The notes beneath the pieces are model-generated. The model had not been told where the DNA came from. It ran no database searches and saw only the letters and a list, made by a program, of their open reading frames with translations. Positions 37,858 to 47,688 of a DNA stretch of 52,494 nt are shown piece after piece. Numbering within the stretch: position 1 is the stretch's first letter; the number at the start of each line of letters is the position of its first letter. The stretch is taken from assembly GCA_016206085.1 (NCBI GenBank), contig JACQSF010000003.1, positions 1 to 52,494 of the forward strand. Reading direction: 5' to 3'. Origin of the DNA: Candidatus Uhrbacteria bacterium (GTDB lineage Bacteria; Patescibacteriota; Patescibacteriia; UBA9934; GWF2-40-263). The translations under genes were made by a program, and so were the position numbers.

Positions 37858-37886
37858 AAGATAGGCTATTTCTTTATGAAAGTCAA
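37858..37886 (-). promoter_or_regulatory. Sigma70-type promoter for NYN-antisense sRNA 2
   Basis: TTGACT-17 nt-TATCTT; same 6-nt gap to the RNA start as in copy 1. Confidence 0.65.
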
Positions 37887-37931
37887 GTCCTTTTCTACAT
37901 TCAGTTGTAAGGTAATTTCTAAGAGAAAGGT

Positions 37932-38477
37932 ATGATGGCGTATCTACAAGGCAGAGTGCTCTATCATGGCGTTGGGTATGTGATCGTGGAAAACGCAGGA
38001 ATTGGGTTTAAGATTACGGTACCAGAGTCCATCGCCCATGAGATTCAAGAACCGACGACTCTGTACCTTCATGAGGCCATTCGCGAAGACGGAAGTGAAC
38101 TCTTTGGATTTTTGTCGATGGCTCAGCTCGAGCTTTTTTGGAAGCTCATCGCCGTCTCAGGGGTAGGTCCTAAGAGCGCTCAGAAAATCGTGTATAGTGA
38201 CGCGGTTGAGCAGGTAAAGGCAAAGATTATGATCGGGGATCTCGCCGCACTCACAGACGTCCCTGGCATCGGTAAGAAAACCGGGCAGAAGATTATCCTT
38301 GAGCTCAAAGGGATCCTCGTGGAAGAACCGGGGATGAGTGCACTGGATGGCGATGCGATCGAGGCACTTATTGGACTTGGTTACTCTCGAAGAGACGCGG
38401 AAGCAGCATTGTCAGGCATCAAGGAAGGGGACACCGAGAGTCGGATCCGTCTGGCACTGAAGCGCTTGTCCCGATAA
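37932..38477 (+). CDS. ruvA: Holliday junction branch migration protein RuvA
   Basis: IRED..LFGF, VSGVGPKSA, VPGIGKKT, ALIGLGY. Confidence 0.95.
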   Translation: MMAYLQGRVLYHGVGYVIVENAGIGFKITVPESIAHEIQEPTTLYLHEAIREDGSELFGFLSMAQLELFWKLIAVSGVGPKSAQKIVYSDAVEQVKAKIMIGDLAALTDVPGIGKKTGQKIILELKGILVEEPGMSALDGDAIEALIGLGYSRRDAEAALSGIKEGDTESRIRLALKRLSR

Positions 38478-38479
38478 GT

Positions 38480-39418
38480 ATGGATCATCCTGCATGGAAT
38501 CAGTTCATCTTTGAACACGGCCCTCTATCGGGTCGGTTTTTGCAATCGTGGGAATGGGGGGAATTTCAAAAGGCCGTCGGAGAGGACGTGCGGCGTGAAG
38601 AGTTTGTTGAGGATGGGGAGACGGTGGGGATTGCCCAATGGATAGATCGAACGTTGCCACTGTTTCCCGGGTACAGCTTTTGTCCAAAAGGTCCCGTTGG
38701 CGCATGGCAACCGCGAGAGTTTCGTCAGATGTTCTTGCGAGTTGAGCCATTTGACTCACGTCTCCCAGCGTATGCACGCAAGACCATTGACCTGAGTCCT
38801 GCGCACACGCGTATCACGGACTTGTCGGTGAGCGAGGAGGATCTGCTTTCCTCCATGCATCCAAAGACTCGATACAACATTCGCGTTGCACAAAAGCATG
38901 GGGTGAAGGTTCAACTTGAATCTTCTGACTTCGAATCCGTTTGGTCACTGTTTGAGCAGACATCCTCTCGTGGGTCTTTTCGTCTGCATGGGGAAACGTA
39001 CTACCGAAAGATGCTCGAGTCTTTGAGGACGAGCCCCTGTCGAGCATTTCTCGCAACAGCATCTCATGGGGTCAATCTTCTTGCTGCCAACATCATGATT
39101 GACTTTGGGGACACCAGAACATACTTGCATGGGGCGAGCTCAAATGAGCATCGCAATTTCATGGGACCCTATCTTCTCCACTGGGAGCTCATGCGCGATG
39201 CCAAAGAACGAGGATTCACTTTTTATGACTGGTGGGGTGTGGCTCCATTGGACGCTCCAAAGACTCACCCATGGTCTGGCATCTCCCGTTTTAAACGAGG
39301 CTTCCCAGGTGTAGAATACGCCTCGCCTGGAACATACGATCTGATTCTCAAGCCCGTCTCGTATGGTGTCTATCAACTCGGTCGCTCACTTCTAAGGACG
39401 GTTCGTCACTATGTTTGA
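38480..39418 (+). CDS. FemAB/FemX peptidoglycan bridge aminoacyltransferase
   Basis: FLQSWEWG, KTRYNIR, YLHGAS, YDWWG, RFKRGF. Confidence 0.92.
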   Translation: MDHPAWNQFIFEHGPLSGRFLQSWEWGEFQKAVGEDVRREEFVEDGETVGIAQWIDRTLPLFPGYSFCPKGPVGAWQPREFRQMFLRVEPFDSRLPAYARKTIDLSPAHTRITDLSVSEEDLLSSMHPKTRYNIRVAQKHGVKVQLESSDFESVWSLFEQTSSRGSFRLHGETYYRKMLESLRTSPCRAFLATASHGVNLLAANIMIDFGDTRTYLHGASSNEHRNFMGPYLLHWELMRDAKERGFTFYDWWGVAPLDAPKTHPWSGISRFKRGFPGVEYASPGTYDLILKPVSYGVYQLGRSLLRTVRHYV

Positions 39419-40331
39419 AGGCTTCATCGTTATCCTGGGTCTCATCGTGTTTGAGGTGATTTCCTCGGTAGATAATGCGATCGTCAACGCACATGTCTTG
39501 AAGACGGTTCCGGAGAAGTATCGGAAGTTTTTTCTGTTTTGGGGATTGTTGTTGGCGGTCTTCGTGATGCGTGGTGTGTTGCCATTCGTGATCGTTTGGA
39601 TTGCTAACGCCGGCATCCCTCTCAAAGAGCTCGTCCACCTAGTGTTCTCCGATCCAGCTCTCATGGAGGAATCCCTGGAACATTCCAAGCCGTTACTCCT
39701 TTTGGGTGGCGGTGTTTATTTGTTCTTTGTGTTCCTTGCATGGCTGTTTCTCGAGGAAAAAAAGTACGCGTTTTTTGTGGAGCACTTCATTCATACACAG
39801 AGTGTTTGGTTCTACGCGATCTCATCTATCTTTATCACTTTGGTTATCTACGCGTCCGTCAAAATTGATCCACTCCTTGCTCTCGCCGCTTCCATCGGTG
39901 CTTCCGCATTTTTTCTCACGGACGGTTTCCGTCACAATGCCGAGCAAAAAGAAAAAGAACTCCATAGGTCGTCCATGAGTGTGTGGAGTAAACTTCTCTA
40001 CCTCGAAGTGTTGGATGCATCGTTCTCGATCGATGGGGTGATTGGAGCCTTTGCCTTCACCATGTCTGTACCGCTCATCTTGATTGGAAATGGGATTGGC
40101 GCGTTTGTTGTTCGCGAAGTGACGGTGAGAGGAATCAACACAATCTCAAAGTTCGCGTACCTTAAGAACGGGGCGATGTACTCTATTGGCATGCTTGGCG
40201 GACTCATGATTTTGGAAAGCCTTGGGCGTGAGTTCGATTTTTGGGTGGCACCAGTGAATACCGTCGTTCTCTTGGTCGTCTTCATGTACCTGTCGATTCG
40301 TGAAATTCAAATGGCAAAGAAGATTGTATGA
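39411..40331 (+). CDS. DUF475/TerC-like membrane protein
   Basis: SVDNAIVNA, LYLEVLDASFSIDGVIGAFA. Confidence 0.9.
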   Translation: MFEGFIVILGLIVFEVISSVDNAIVNAHVLKTVPEKYRKFFLFWGLLLAVFVMRGVLPFVIVWIANAGIPLKELVHLVFSDPALMEESLEHSKPLLLLGGGVYLFFVFLAWLFLEEKKYAFFVEHFIHTQSVWFYAISSIFITLVIYASVKIDPLLALAASIGASAFFLTDGFRHNAEQKEKELHRSSMSVWSKLLYLEVLDASFSIDGVIGAFAFTMSVPLILIGNGIGAFVVREVTVRGINTISKFAYLKNGAMYSIGMLGGLMILESLGREFDFWVAPVNTVVLLVVFMYLSIREIQMAKKIV

Positions 40332-40996
40332 AGACCGTTCTCGTCACCGGTGTCGATAAGGGGATTGGCCATGCACTCATGGAGACGTTTCTTGCGGAAG
40401 GGTATTTCGTGATCGGAACGTTTTTTTCTGATCGTCCAAAGATACACGAGCACTTCAAAGATTTTGCTCTCGATCTTGGGAAACCAGAGTCGATTGCGTC
40501 GTGCACGATGGCGATCACGAATTTCGGGAAGAATATCGACATCCTTATCAATAACGCTGGCATCTTGGCTGATGAGGAAGAGACGCAGATCGTCGTCGAG
40601 AAGCTGCGCAAGACGCTCGAAGTAAATCTCATTGGCGCGATTGATTTCACTCAGCGACTTTTACCGCTCCTGAGCGAGGACGCTCACATTGTGAATATTT
40701 CCTCGACCGCCGGTTCACTCGAGCTCGTCGGGAAGGTCTCGCACTTCATGGGTCACTATCCCGCGTACAAAATTTCTAAAGCGGCGCTCAACATGTATAC
40801 TCGCACGCTCGCCCTTGAGCTGAAAGATCGAGGAATAATCGTCTCGTCCGTTCACCCGGGTTGGACGAAAACCGACATGGGAGGAGAAGAGGCAGAACTC
40901 ACTCCCACACAAGCCGCCAAAGATCTCTATCGACTCGCCGTATCAAAACCAGAATCTGGAGGATTCTGGTTTGCTGGAGAGAGACTTCCTTGGTAG
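40328..40996 (+). CDS. Short-chain dehydrogenase/reductase
   Basis: TGxxxGIG, NNAG, YKISK, HPGW. Confidence 0.92.
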   Translation: MKTVLVTGVDKGIGHALMETFLAEGYFVIGTFFSDRPKIHEHFKDFALDLGKPESIASCTMAITNFGKNIDILINNAGILADEEETQIVVEKLRKTLEVNLIGAIDFTQRLLPLLSEDAHIVNISSTAGSLELVGKVSHFMGHYPAYKISKAALNMYTRTLALELKDRGIIVSSVHPGWTKTDMGGEEAELTPTQAAKDLYRLAVSKPESGGFWFAGERLPW

Positions 40997-41008
40997 GTTA
41001 TTGGTCAC

Positions 41009-41085
41009 GCACCCGTAGCTTAGCTGGATAAAGCGTTTCCCTCCGAAGGAAGAGACCAGACGTTCGAATCGTCTCGGGTGCACCA
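41009..41085 (+). tRNA. tRNA-Arg(CCG)
   Basis: GCACCCG/CGGGTGC acceptor stem, anticodon loop CTCCGAA, GTTCGAATC, encoded CCA. Confidence 0.95.
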
Positions 41086-41112
41086 AAAAATACCGAATTT
41101 CGGTATTTTTTT
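41086..41112 (+). terminator. Intrinsic terminator after tRNA-Arg
   Basis: AAAAATACCGAA-T-TTCGGTATTTTT palindrome. Confidence 0.7.
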
Positions 41113-41178
41113 GACATTTAAGTAGAAGTTGATAAGTTAGGAGTAGTTCGTTACATCAACAACACATCGGGGTGAAAG

Positions 41179-41763
41179 ATGTCTTACGATTTTTCTCAGT
41201 ACTCTAGATTTTGTACCGTCTGCTGGGAGGAGATGCCTAGTTGGCAGGCGGGTTATGTGTGTCTCCACTGTTCAACGGAACAGCTGTTGATCAAATTCAG
41301 AACGAAACAGCTGTCAACAAAACATTGTACTACCTGCGGAGAGGAACTAGACAGTAACTGGTCATTTGAAGAGTGTGCTTGTTGTATAGTAGAAAGACGA
41401 AGGAGGGGATGGTGGTTTCCTTCTTCCCCAACCCCGTCGCTGCATCGAACATGGTGCAAAGTCTGCTTCGCGCCGATTCGGAGCGACTCGGCATCCTGCG
41501 ATCATTGCTGTTACCACGGAGTGATTGTGCCGCGCTGGGATCTCGTCTACCCCTCCAAGCCCCTGCCTCACTACAACTTCAATGAATGTTGCCCTCAACG
41601 TTCCATCGAGCCGCCACTGGGATCGCGTGTCATCCGCGCTGTGGGAAGACGGGTGTTGAAGGAGGTCGCCATCGCTTCGGCGATCTCTCTCCTAGGCATT
41701 CCGCCTGGTCTTGAGCGTGTGGCAATCGCGATCTTCGACATCGCGGATGAAGTACTGCTCTGA
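41179..41763 (+). CDS. Cys-rich hypothetical protein (repeated CxxC pairs)
   Basis: About six CxxC motifs; hydrophobic C-terminus; TTGACA promoter at 41111. Confidence 0.55.
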   Translation: MSYDFSQYSRFCTVCWEEMPSWQAGYVCLHCSTEQLLIKFRTKQLSTKHCTTCGEELDSNWSFEECACCIVERRRRGWWFPSSPTPSLHRTWCKVCFAPIRSDSASCDHCCYHGVIVPRWDLVYPSKPLPHYNFNECCPQRSIEPPLGSRVIRAVGRRVLKEVAIASAISLLGIPPGLERVAIAIFDIADEVLL

Positions 41764-41841
41764 TGCTTACGACGTAGATACGATTTCTATGTCGTTTTTT
41801 TATTCGCTGTTGCAAATTTTCTTTAAAGGTCTCGTTTTGGT

Positions 41842-43665
41842 TTAGTTGATGACGACACCTTTTCCAAGCGCGAAGTCGTCGTCCGGAAGTTCGCTGGTGA
41901 GTTCTGGGAGAGACTCGCTTATCGATTCAGTTGTTGTGGAGTCCTTGGCTTCAAAGCTTGTGGTCGAGGTGAGCTTCATGAACCGACCTACATCTGCTGA
42001 GTCTGGGCTGATGGCGATATCAAACCACGCTCCCGCGTGTCCAAGTTCCGCGAGAAGTTTGGGAATCGTCCACGTAATTTGTCTGGTGGTCGAGTTGTAA
42101 TTCACCGTACCAATATCCGTGTCAGTCCTCTCAAGCCACGCAACATCTTGGGGGAGGGTGGCCGTCATTCGTACGTTTTCGATGGTGTGGAGAGAGTTCG
42201 AGAGATTCCAGTACACACGATAGCTCGTCGTCTGTCCGACCTGCGGTGGGATGGGTCCTGAACCGATTGCTGTTCCTGACTCCGAGTAGTATCGCGCTTG
42301 CGCATTGAGGGAAACATCCGAGTTGAGGGTGATCACAATAGGAGTCGCTTCGAGAGTTCGTGTTGAAGTGATCGTTCCAACTTTATTGAGCGTGAGCACC
42401 ACCGCGATTGTGAACGAATCAGCCTCGCCGGGATCCAGTAGGGCATAGATCGGGAGACTCAGATCAATCACGCTCGAGCTTTCCGGAGCAAGTTCGGGAA
42501 GACTCTCCCAACTCACCTCGTTTCCCACCCGCGTGCCTGTGCCTACGTTCGCCTTGTTCCAGTCGACTGGCACGGTGCCTGCGTCACTGGAAAGGGTCAT
42601 GGTAAAACTCATGTCACGCGCGGTCTCTTGGCTTTGGTTGGCATAGTCCAGACTTACACGGAGGGTCTCCCCCAGGTCTGCGGTTTGGTTTTGGCTTGAA
42701 CCATTAACAATGACAGAGAAGGAAATGGATCCTCCCAGGACGTCGGTGACAAGCTCTTGGACACGTTGGACAAAGACGAGGTCTTGATCCACGAACCCGA
42801 CGACGACCGCGAGCCTTTGTTCACCTGAGGCGGTGGAGGTGTAGGAACCTTCGATCGTGATGGCGGCGAGTTCGCCAGGTTCAAGGGTATCGATTGCCCA
42901 GTAGGTCTGACCTTCGGCCATAGCAGGTTGTGCATTCGTGGTTATGAAGTCTGTTGGAAACGTTGGAATAACACGCAGGTTGAACACGGGGTCAGAGCTG
43001 GTATTCTGCACATTTACGACATACTCGGAGGTGTCTCCCGCGAGGGCTTTTTCAGGACCCGTAAACGAGAGAGCGACGACCGAATTCGTCACCTCCACTT
43101 TTTGTGTGAGAATGTCTTGGAAGTTCGAACTGAAATTTGCTGGTTTGTAGGTGAAGAGGGCTTGGAGGCGTTGAGAGGAGGGAACCTCGGCGAGAAATAC
43201 GCCCGTCACCGTCACGGCTCCATCTGACCCAGCGCTCAAACTCCCGATTGTCCATGCAAGATTTCCCTCTGGTTCTGGGACACTCGAGTAGACATGGAAG
43301 GTTGAAGGAATCGTGAGTTTTAGGGCGAGCGATGCGATCGGAACAGTGCCCGTGTTTTCGTAGCGGAAGGTGTAGGAGACTTCTTCACCGGATTTCACTT
43401 CCTCAGGTCCTTGGGTGGTGAGGTGCAGGGTTTCGCCTTCTTGAAAGAGTCCCTTTGTAAAGACAAAAAAACCTATCCAGGCGATGAGCGACAGGACGGC
43501 AAGCAGGCCGATGGTCTTGAGGAGAAATTGCGTGAGTCGCGAACGTTGTCCACGTTCAAGTTTGGAGAGGTCTGGAACACGACCATCAGATCCTTCGTAA
43601 ATCGAACGAAGCTGTCGACGGATTTCTCGGGCGCTTCGGCGTTTGGGAGTTTTGCGGGTGCTCAT
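41842..43665 (-). CDS. Membrane-anchored Ig-like (DUF11-like) repeat protein
   Basis: N-terminal TM helix; repeated Y..NTG/W.IG.L.G beta-sandwich motifs; GPIPPQVG. Confidence 0.8.
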   Translation of the reverse strand: MSTRKTPKRRSAREIRRQLRSIYEGSDGRVPDLSKLERGQRSRLTQFLLKTIGLLAVLSLIAWIGFFVFTKGLFQEGETLHLTTQGPEEVKSGEEVSYTFRYENTGTVPIASLALKLTIPSTFHVYSSVPEPEGNLAWTIGSLSAGSDGAVTVTGVFLAEVPSSQRLQALFTYKPANFSSNFQDILTQKVEVTNSVVALSFTGPEKALAGDTSEYVVNVQNTSSDPVFNLRVIPTFPTDFITTNAQPAMAEGQTYWAIDTLEPGELAAITIEGSYTSTASGEQRLAVVVGFVDQDLVFVQRVQELVTDVLGGSISFSVIVNGSSQNQTADLGETLRVSLDYANQSQETARDMSFTMTLSSDAGTVPVDWNKANVGTGTRVGNEVSWESLPELAPESSSVIDLSLPIYALLDPGEADSFTIAVVLTLNKVGTITSTRTLEATPIVITLNSDVSLNAQARYYSESGTAIGSGPIPPQVGQTTSYRVYWNLSNSLHTIENVRMTATLPQDVAWLERTDTDIGTVNYNSTTRQITWTIPKLLAELGHAGAWFDIAISPDSADVGRFMKLTSTTSFEAKDSTTTESISESLPELTSELPDDDFALGKGVVIN

Positions 43666-46331
43666 AATGATTCAAACAGGATCGCAAAAAGAGCATCCGT
43701 GTCATTGGTAATCTGTGAATCCAGAGAATCGTGTGAAGTCCACAGAGGATTCAGTCCCTCGGGGAGATTTACGTGGATCTGTGTCGTGCGATCCAGAATC
43801 CCCGGTTGTTTTTGAATGGTGAGGGAGTACTGATCTGTTTGTGGCATGCCCACCAATGACTTGAGACTTCCTATGATTCCTCCTGCGCTCTGGAGCATCT
43901 TGATTTGATAGGGAAGTGTATAGCGCACCGTGACGGTTGAGGTAGAGCCGGGCATCGTCTGCACCCAGTTTCCAAACACCGCTTTGCCCTGTTCTTCACT
44001 TATGATCGTTCCACTGTGGGGATCCACACGTGTGGTCAGAAGTCCATAAGCAAGGTCGTCATCGATCGTCCACTCCTCATCTGGTATGTCAAACAGAGAT
44101 TCATCCGGAATGCTAAAACCTGTTGCTTCCAAAAGCGTACTGCCTTTTGGGACGTACACACGAAGGTAGTCTACGTTATTCACGCCCGTGAACAGGAGTC
44201 CTTGAATGCCATGATGCGTGCGCGAGATCTTGACGGTGTTCGTGATCGTTCCGTCTGAGTCAATATCCACCTGGACATCCACCTTCTGTTCAATAACCCC
44301 GTCCGTTTTTCCTCCTCCCAAGTTTGTATCAACGATCATGAGGTAGTCGTCATGGGTCTGTTTCAACTCACCTCCCCATCCCTGCTTTATGATCTGCCGT
44401 TGCAGTGTTTCATCGGTAAGATAGAGTTGGAGATCCTTGCTGGAGAGTCCAAGATTGAGGGAGTCAACGATCGCCAGGAAGTCTTCAGAGGTTTTTTCAA
44501 TGGTGCGTTCCACGAGCTTGGGAGCAAGGTCGCCAATGAACGCTTTGGGCGTATTCGCCTCCTTATCGTATTCGTACTCGACGATTTTTTGTGCTTCGAA
44601 AATAAAATTTTCCTCATTGACGGTCAGTCCATACGCTTCCATCTGGATAGGTCCCAAGAGTCCTATGAGGTTAGAAATAAACGTCGCGTTGACGGCTAAG
44701 ACGCCATCGACGCTGGGACCACCGGCATCCTGGTAAAACTGCATGAGCTGGCGTGCGGAAGTAGGGAAGTCGGGGAACCAGTTTCCATCTTGGAATTCCC
44801 ACCGAGCGGAAAGCAGTTGGAGCGGCTCTGGCGCGCGGAGATTTTCCTGGAGGGATCCTTGGAGGTCATATGAACCTCCTCCTGGAATATTGAGGTGTTC
44901 GATATTCCCATCGCGAATTTTTATTTCGGCAAAGCTACCGATAAAACCACCGGTTGGACGAATTTCCGTGTTGTTTTGGAAGACAATGAGATAACGCTTT
45001 GAGCCATTCGCGCCCAAGATGTGTTTTGCCAGTGTATAGTGCGTTTCAAATTCTTCTATGGTGGCGACGAGAGCGGGAAGGCTGGTCTGTGCACGAACAA
45101 GGGTCTCTTGATGTTGTTTGGGAACAGCATCAAGGTCTACGTGATCAAGAGCCGACTGCGCGGTTTTGAGGTGCACAACGGCTGAGGAAAGGTAGGTTTC
45201 CAAGATGGTTAAACGAGAGAGAGGGGTTGGGAAGAGTTCCTGTTCCATGGTCGCGTACCCGTCGCTCAGACGACTCGCGGCGATGGAAAGTTCCTTGCCG
45301 GCCTCTATGAGTGCGGCGCTAGAGGTGTAGGACGATTGCGTCACCGGAAGGACGGAAAGCAGAACGTTGGTTCCTACCCCTAAATCGTCGATTGAATTTT
45401 TTGCGGTTTGAAATTGACGACCAGCTGCTTTGAAATCGGATTGGGCACGAGGGACATCTCGAGCGAGCGCCGCTTGTGCTCCAGAGGAGAGGAGTGAGAC
45501 GGCTTGAAGTCCGGTGTGTTCGAGATCGGTTTTTGTCTCCCGTACATCTTGGACAACATTCATGGCATGAAGAGGGAGAACGAACAAAAACGACAAACCG
45601 ATAAATGAGGCCACGGCTCGTTGCCAAGAGTGAGAAGGAGAAAAAGGAACAACGGTCTCCTCCAGATCATCGACGTCAAGTGGAACCTGCGCCATCTCTG
45701 CCATATGCGCCATCTCCTCTCCCTCCTCTTCTTCGGGAAAGTCAAAATACGCAAAGATATCTTCGGGAAGTGTATGTGCAATGAATGCGTCTGACGAGAA
45801 GCTCTTGTTTGATGAGGTGTTGTATCGGAGGGCTCCTTGGAATGCCTGAGAAATGTGTGTGTGGAGCTTGGGAAGTTTTGGAAGCGTTGTGGGTGTTCCT
45901 TGCTCAAGAATATCCGCTGGTGATAACACTAAATCACCGGTGAGATCGGGTGACCGCGTTGGCTGCGGATAGGGATGACCATCAAGCAAGTTTACTCGAA
46001 GCGATCGACGTCTGGTTTCTTCAAGAAGTTCTGTTGGTGTGGGGAACGTCGCCTTGAGCGACAAGATGAATGGAGACAACGCATGATCTCCCGTCATGAC
46101 GAAGGGTCTGGTCAGAGTCGAATAGATGGGAATCACACGGAGAGAGGGAACCGTTTCTGGAACGGCGTGATCGCCCACGGCTGTGTGCGTTTGGCGTTTT
46201 GAACGGCGGGAAAGAGTACGTTTACGTTTAGGAGTCTGGGCTTTGCTTGTCACAATCGCGGGAGACGAAGCATGCGCTCGGGTGTTTGAACGGGTTTTGG
46301 TCGATTTGGTTGTGGCGGTTTTTTTAGGCAC
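43662..46331 (-). CDS. DUF4012 domain protein
   Basis: YLIVFQNNTEIRPTGGFIG, NWFPDFP, YLRVYVPKG, QKQPG; start placed at GTG 46331 (uncertain). Confidence 0.85.
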   Translation of the reverse strand: MPKKTATTKSTKTRSNTRAHASSPAIVTSKAQTPKRKRTLSRRSKRQTHTAVGDHAVPETVPSLRVIPIYSTLTRPFVMTGDHALSPFILSLKATFPTPTELLEETRRRSLRVNLLDGHPYPQPTRSPDLTGDLVLSPADILEQGTPTTLPKLPKLHTHISQAFQGALRYNTSSNKSFSSDAFIAHTLPEDIFAYFDFPEEEEGEEMAHMAEMAQVPLDVDDLEETVVPFSPSHSWQRAVASFIGLSFLFVLPLHAMNVVQDVRETKTDLEHTGLQAVSLLSSGAQAALARDVPRAQSDFKAAGRQFQTAKNSIDDLGVGTNVLLSVLPVTQSSYTSSAALIEAGKELSIAASRLSDGYATMEQELFPTPLSRLTILETYLSSAVVHLKTAQSALDHVDLDAVPKQHQETLVRAQTSLPALVATIEEFETHYTLAKHILGANGSKRYLIVFQNNTEIRPTGGFIGSFAEIKIRDGNIEHLNIPGGGSYDLQGSLQENLRAPEPLQLLSARWEFQDGNWFPDFPTSARQLMQFYQDAGGPSVDGVLAVNATFISNLIGLLGPIQMEAYGLTVNEENFIFEAQKIVEYEYDKEANTPKAFIGDLAPKLVERTIEKTSEDFLAIVDSLNLGLSSKDLQLYLTDETLQRQIIKQGWGGELKQTHDDYLMIVDTNLGGGKTDGVIEQKVDVQVDIDSDGTITNTVKISRTHHGIQGLLFTGVNNVDYLRVYVPKGSTLLEATGFSIPDESLFDIPDEEWTIDDDLAYGLLTTRVDPHSGTIISEEQGKAVFGNWVQTMPGSTSTVTVRYTLPYQIKMLQSAGGIIGSLKSLVGMPQTDQYSLTIQKQPGILDRTTQIHVNLPEGLNPLWTSHDSLDSQITNDTDALFAILFESL

Positions 46332-47448
46332 AGGATTCGTAGATGTTGAGGATGTCACGAGCCATGGAAGTCCAGGAGTAACGTTTGAATTGCTCAAAGC
46401 CCTTACGCACGAGGGAATCGCATAGAGGCTTGTCTGTGAGAACCGTTTCCATCGCCCCTATCATCTCTTCGATATCATCCGGATCAAACCAGAGAGCGGC
46501 GTCACCAAGAATTTCTGGAAGAGAGCTTCGTCGAGCCGCTGCGACCGGAACCCCGAAGCTCATGGCTTCCAGCGGTGGAAGGCCGAAGCCTTCGCTGCGA
46601 GAAGGGAAGAGGTAGAGAGTCGCGCCTCGGTAGAGATTGGCCAAGTCCGCATCGCTCGGGTTCTGGATGAACTCAACCGCATCGGGAGCCACATCGATTT
46701 CGTTAAGCTCCTTCTTGAGTCGCTCGTAGAAAATATCATTGCGTCCCGCTAAAACCAGTCGGATCTCAGGGTGGAGTTTGTGAAAGAAAGAAAAGGCGTG
46801 AAGGAGTGTTTCGAGATTCTTGTGGGGGTAAGCGTTGCCGACGTAAAGAAAATAGGGGGAGGTCGAAAGATGGGAAGGTGGCGCAGGTGGGAAGGTGGAG
46901 AGGTTTGTTAGGCCTTCGTAGACGACGTGGATTTTTTCTGCGGGGATCCAAGGGAAGTAGTTCAAAATGGATGACTTGGTGTACTGGGAGACCGCGATGA
47001 TGGCGCGTGAGCGTTTGAGGGCAGAGCGTAGGACGATTTGGTAGGCTAGACGCTTGAGGAAGAAGACAAGCGGGTGATGGGTCGTAATTTTTGCGGAGCG
47101 GGGCTCTTCCAGCAAGATGAGATCATGGATCGTGACAATGAACGGGGTGCGAAGAAGGACGGGAACATTCCAGTGAGGAAAGTGAACGAGGTCGAGTTTC
47201 TCGCGGTCGATGAGTCGAGGCAGGACAAGCTGTTCCTTGAGGGTGTACCAATGGATATTCGTGATCCTCTTTTCCACCTGTGCCACCTCGTCCACCTTTT
47301 CTCCCTGCTCCTCATTTTTCAGGAATAAAACATAGCGGTTCTTGTGGTCAAGTTGTCCGAGCTCCTTTGTCAGCTCTTCAACATAGCGCCCAAGACCGCC
47401 ACCCCCCACGTTTGGACCCAACATCCTGGCATCGATACCGATTCGCAT
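46324..47448 (-). CDS. Glycosyltransferase family 4
   Basis: MRIGIDAR, TIHD, YPHKN, EGFGLPPLEA. Confidence 0.93.
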   Translation of the reverse strand: MRIGIDARMLGPNVGGGGLGRYVEELTKELGQLDHKNRYVLFLKNEEQGEKVDEVAQVEKRITNIHWYTLKEQLVLPRLIDREKLDLVHFPHWNVPVLLRTPFIVTIHDLILLEEPRSAKITTHHPLVFFLKRLAYQIVLRSALKRSRAIIAVSQYTKSSILNYFPWIPAEKIHVVYEGLTNLSTFPPAPPSHLSTSPYFLYVGNAYPHKNLETLLHAFSFFHKLHPEIRLVLAGRNDIFYERLKKELNEIDVAPDAVEFIQNPSDADLANLYRGATLYLFPSRSEGFGLPPLEAMSFGVPVAAARRSSLPEILGDAALWFDPDDIEEMIGAMETVLTDKPLCDSLVRKGFEQFKRYSWTSMARDILNIYESCA

Positions 47449-47514
47449 GGTTCAATTATAGCAAAATATCCCGAACTTGCGCTCAGGATATCCACATAAA
47501 TTTGCTCGAAATAA

Positions 47515-47688
47515 AGGCCGTTGCGAATGTCGTCTTCAAAACACGCGGTCGCCAGGGCATTTGGTGGTTAACCAACGTTTTTATTCGGCGCCGCTCGTAC
47601 CTCGGCCGGCCACGGAGTTCGTCGTAGGAATTTATGGAACAGAGCCGGCCTGCGGTGGCGGTTTTTCAGACAACATTCGCAACGGCCT
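47515..47688. mobile_element. MITE-like element (174 bp) with 28-bp terminal inverted repeats
   Basis: AGGCCGTTGCGAATGTCGTCTTCAAAAC versus the reverse complement of 47661-47688: 25/28; no credible internal gene. Confidence 0.75.
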
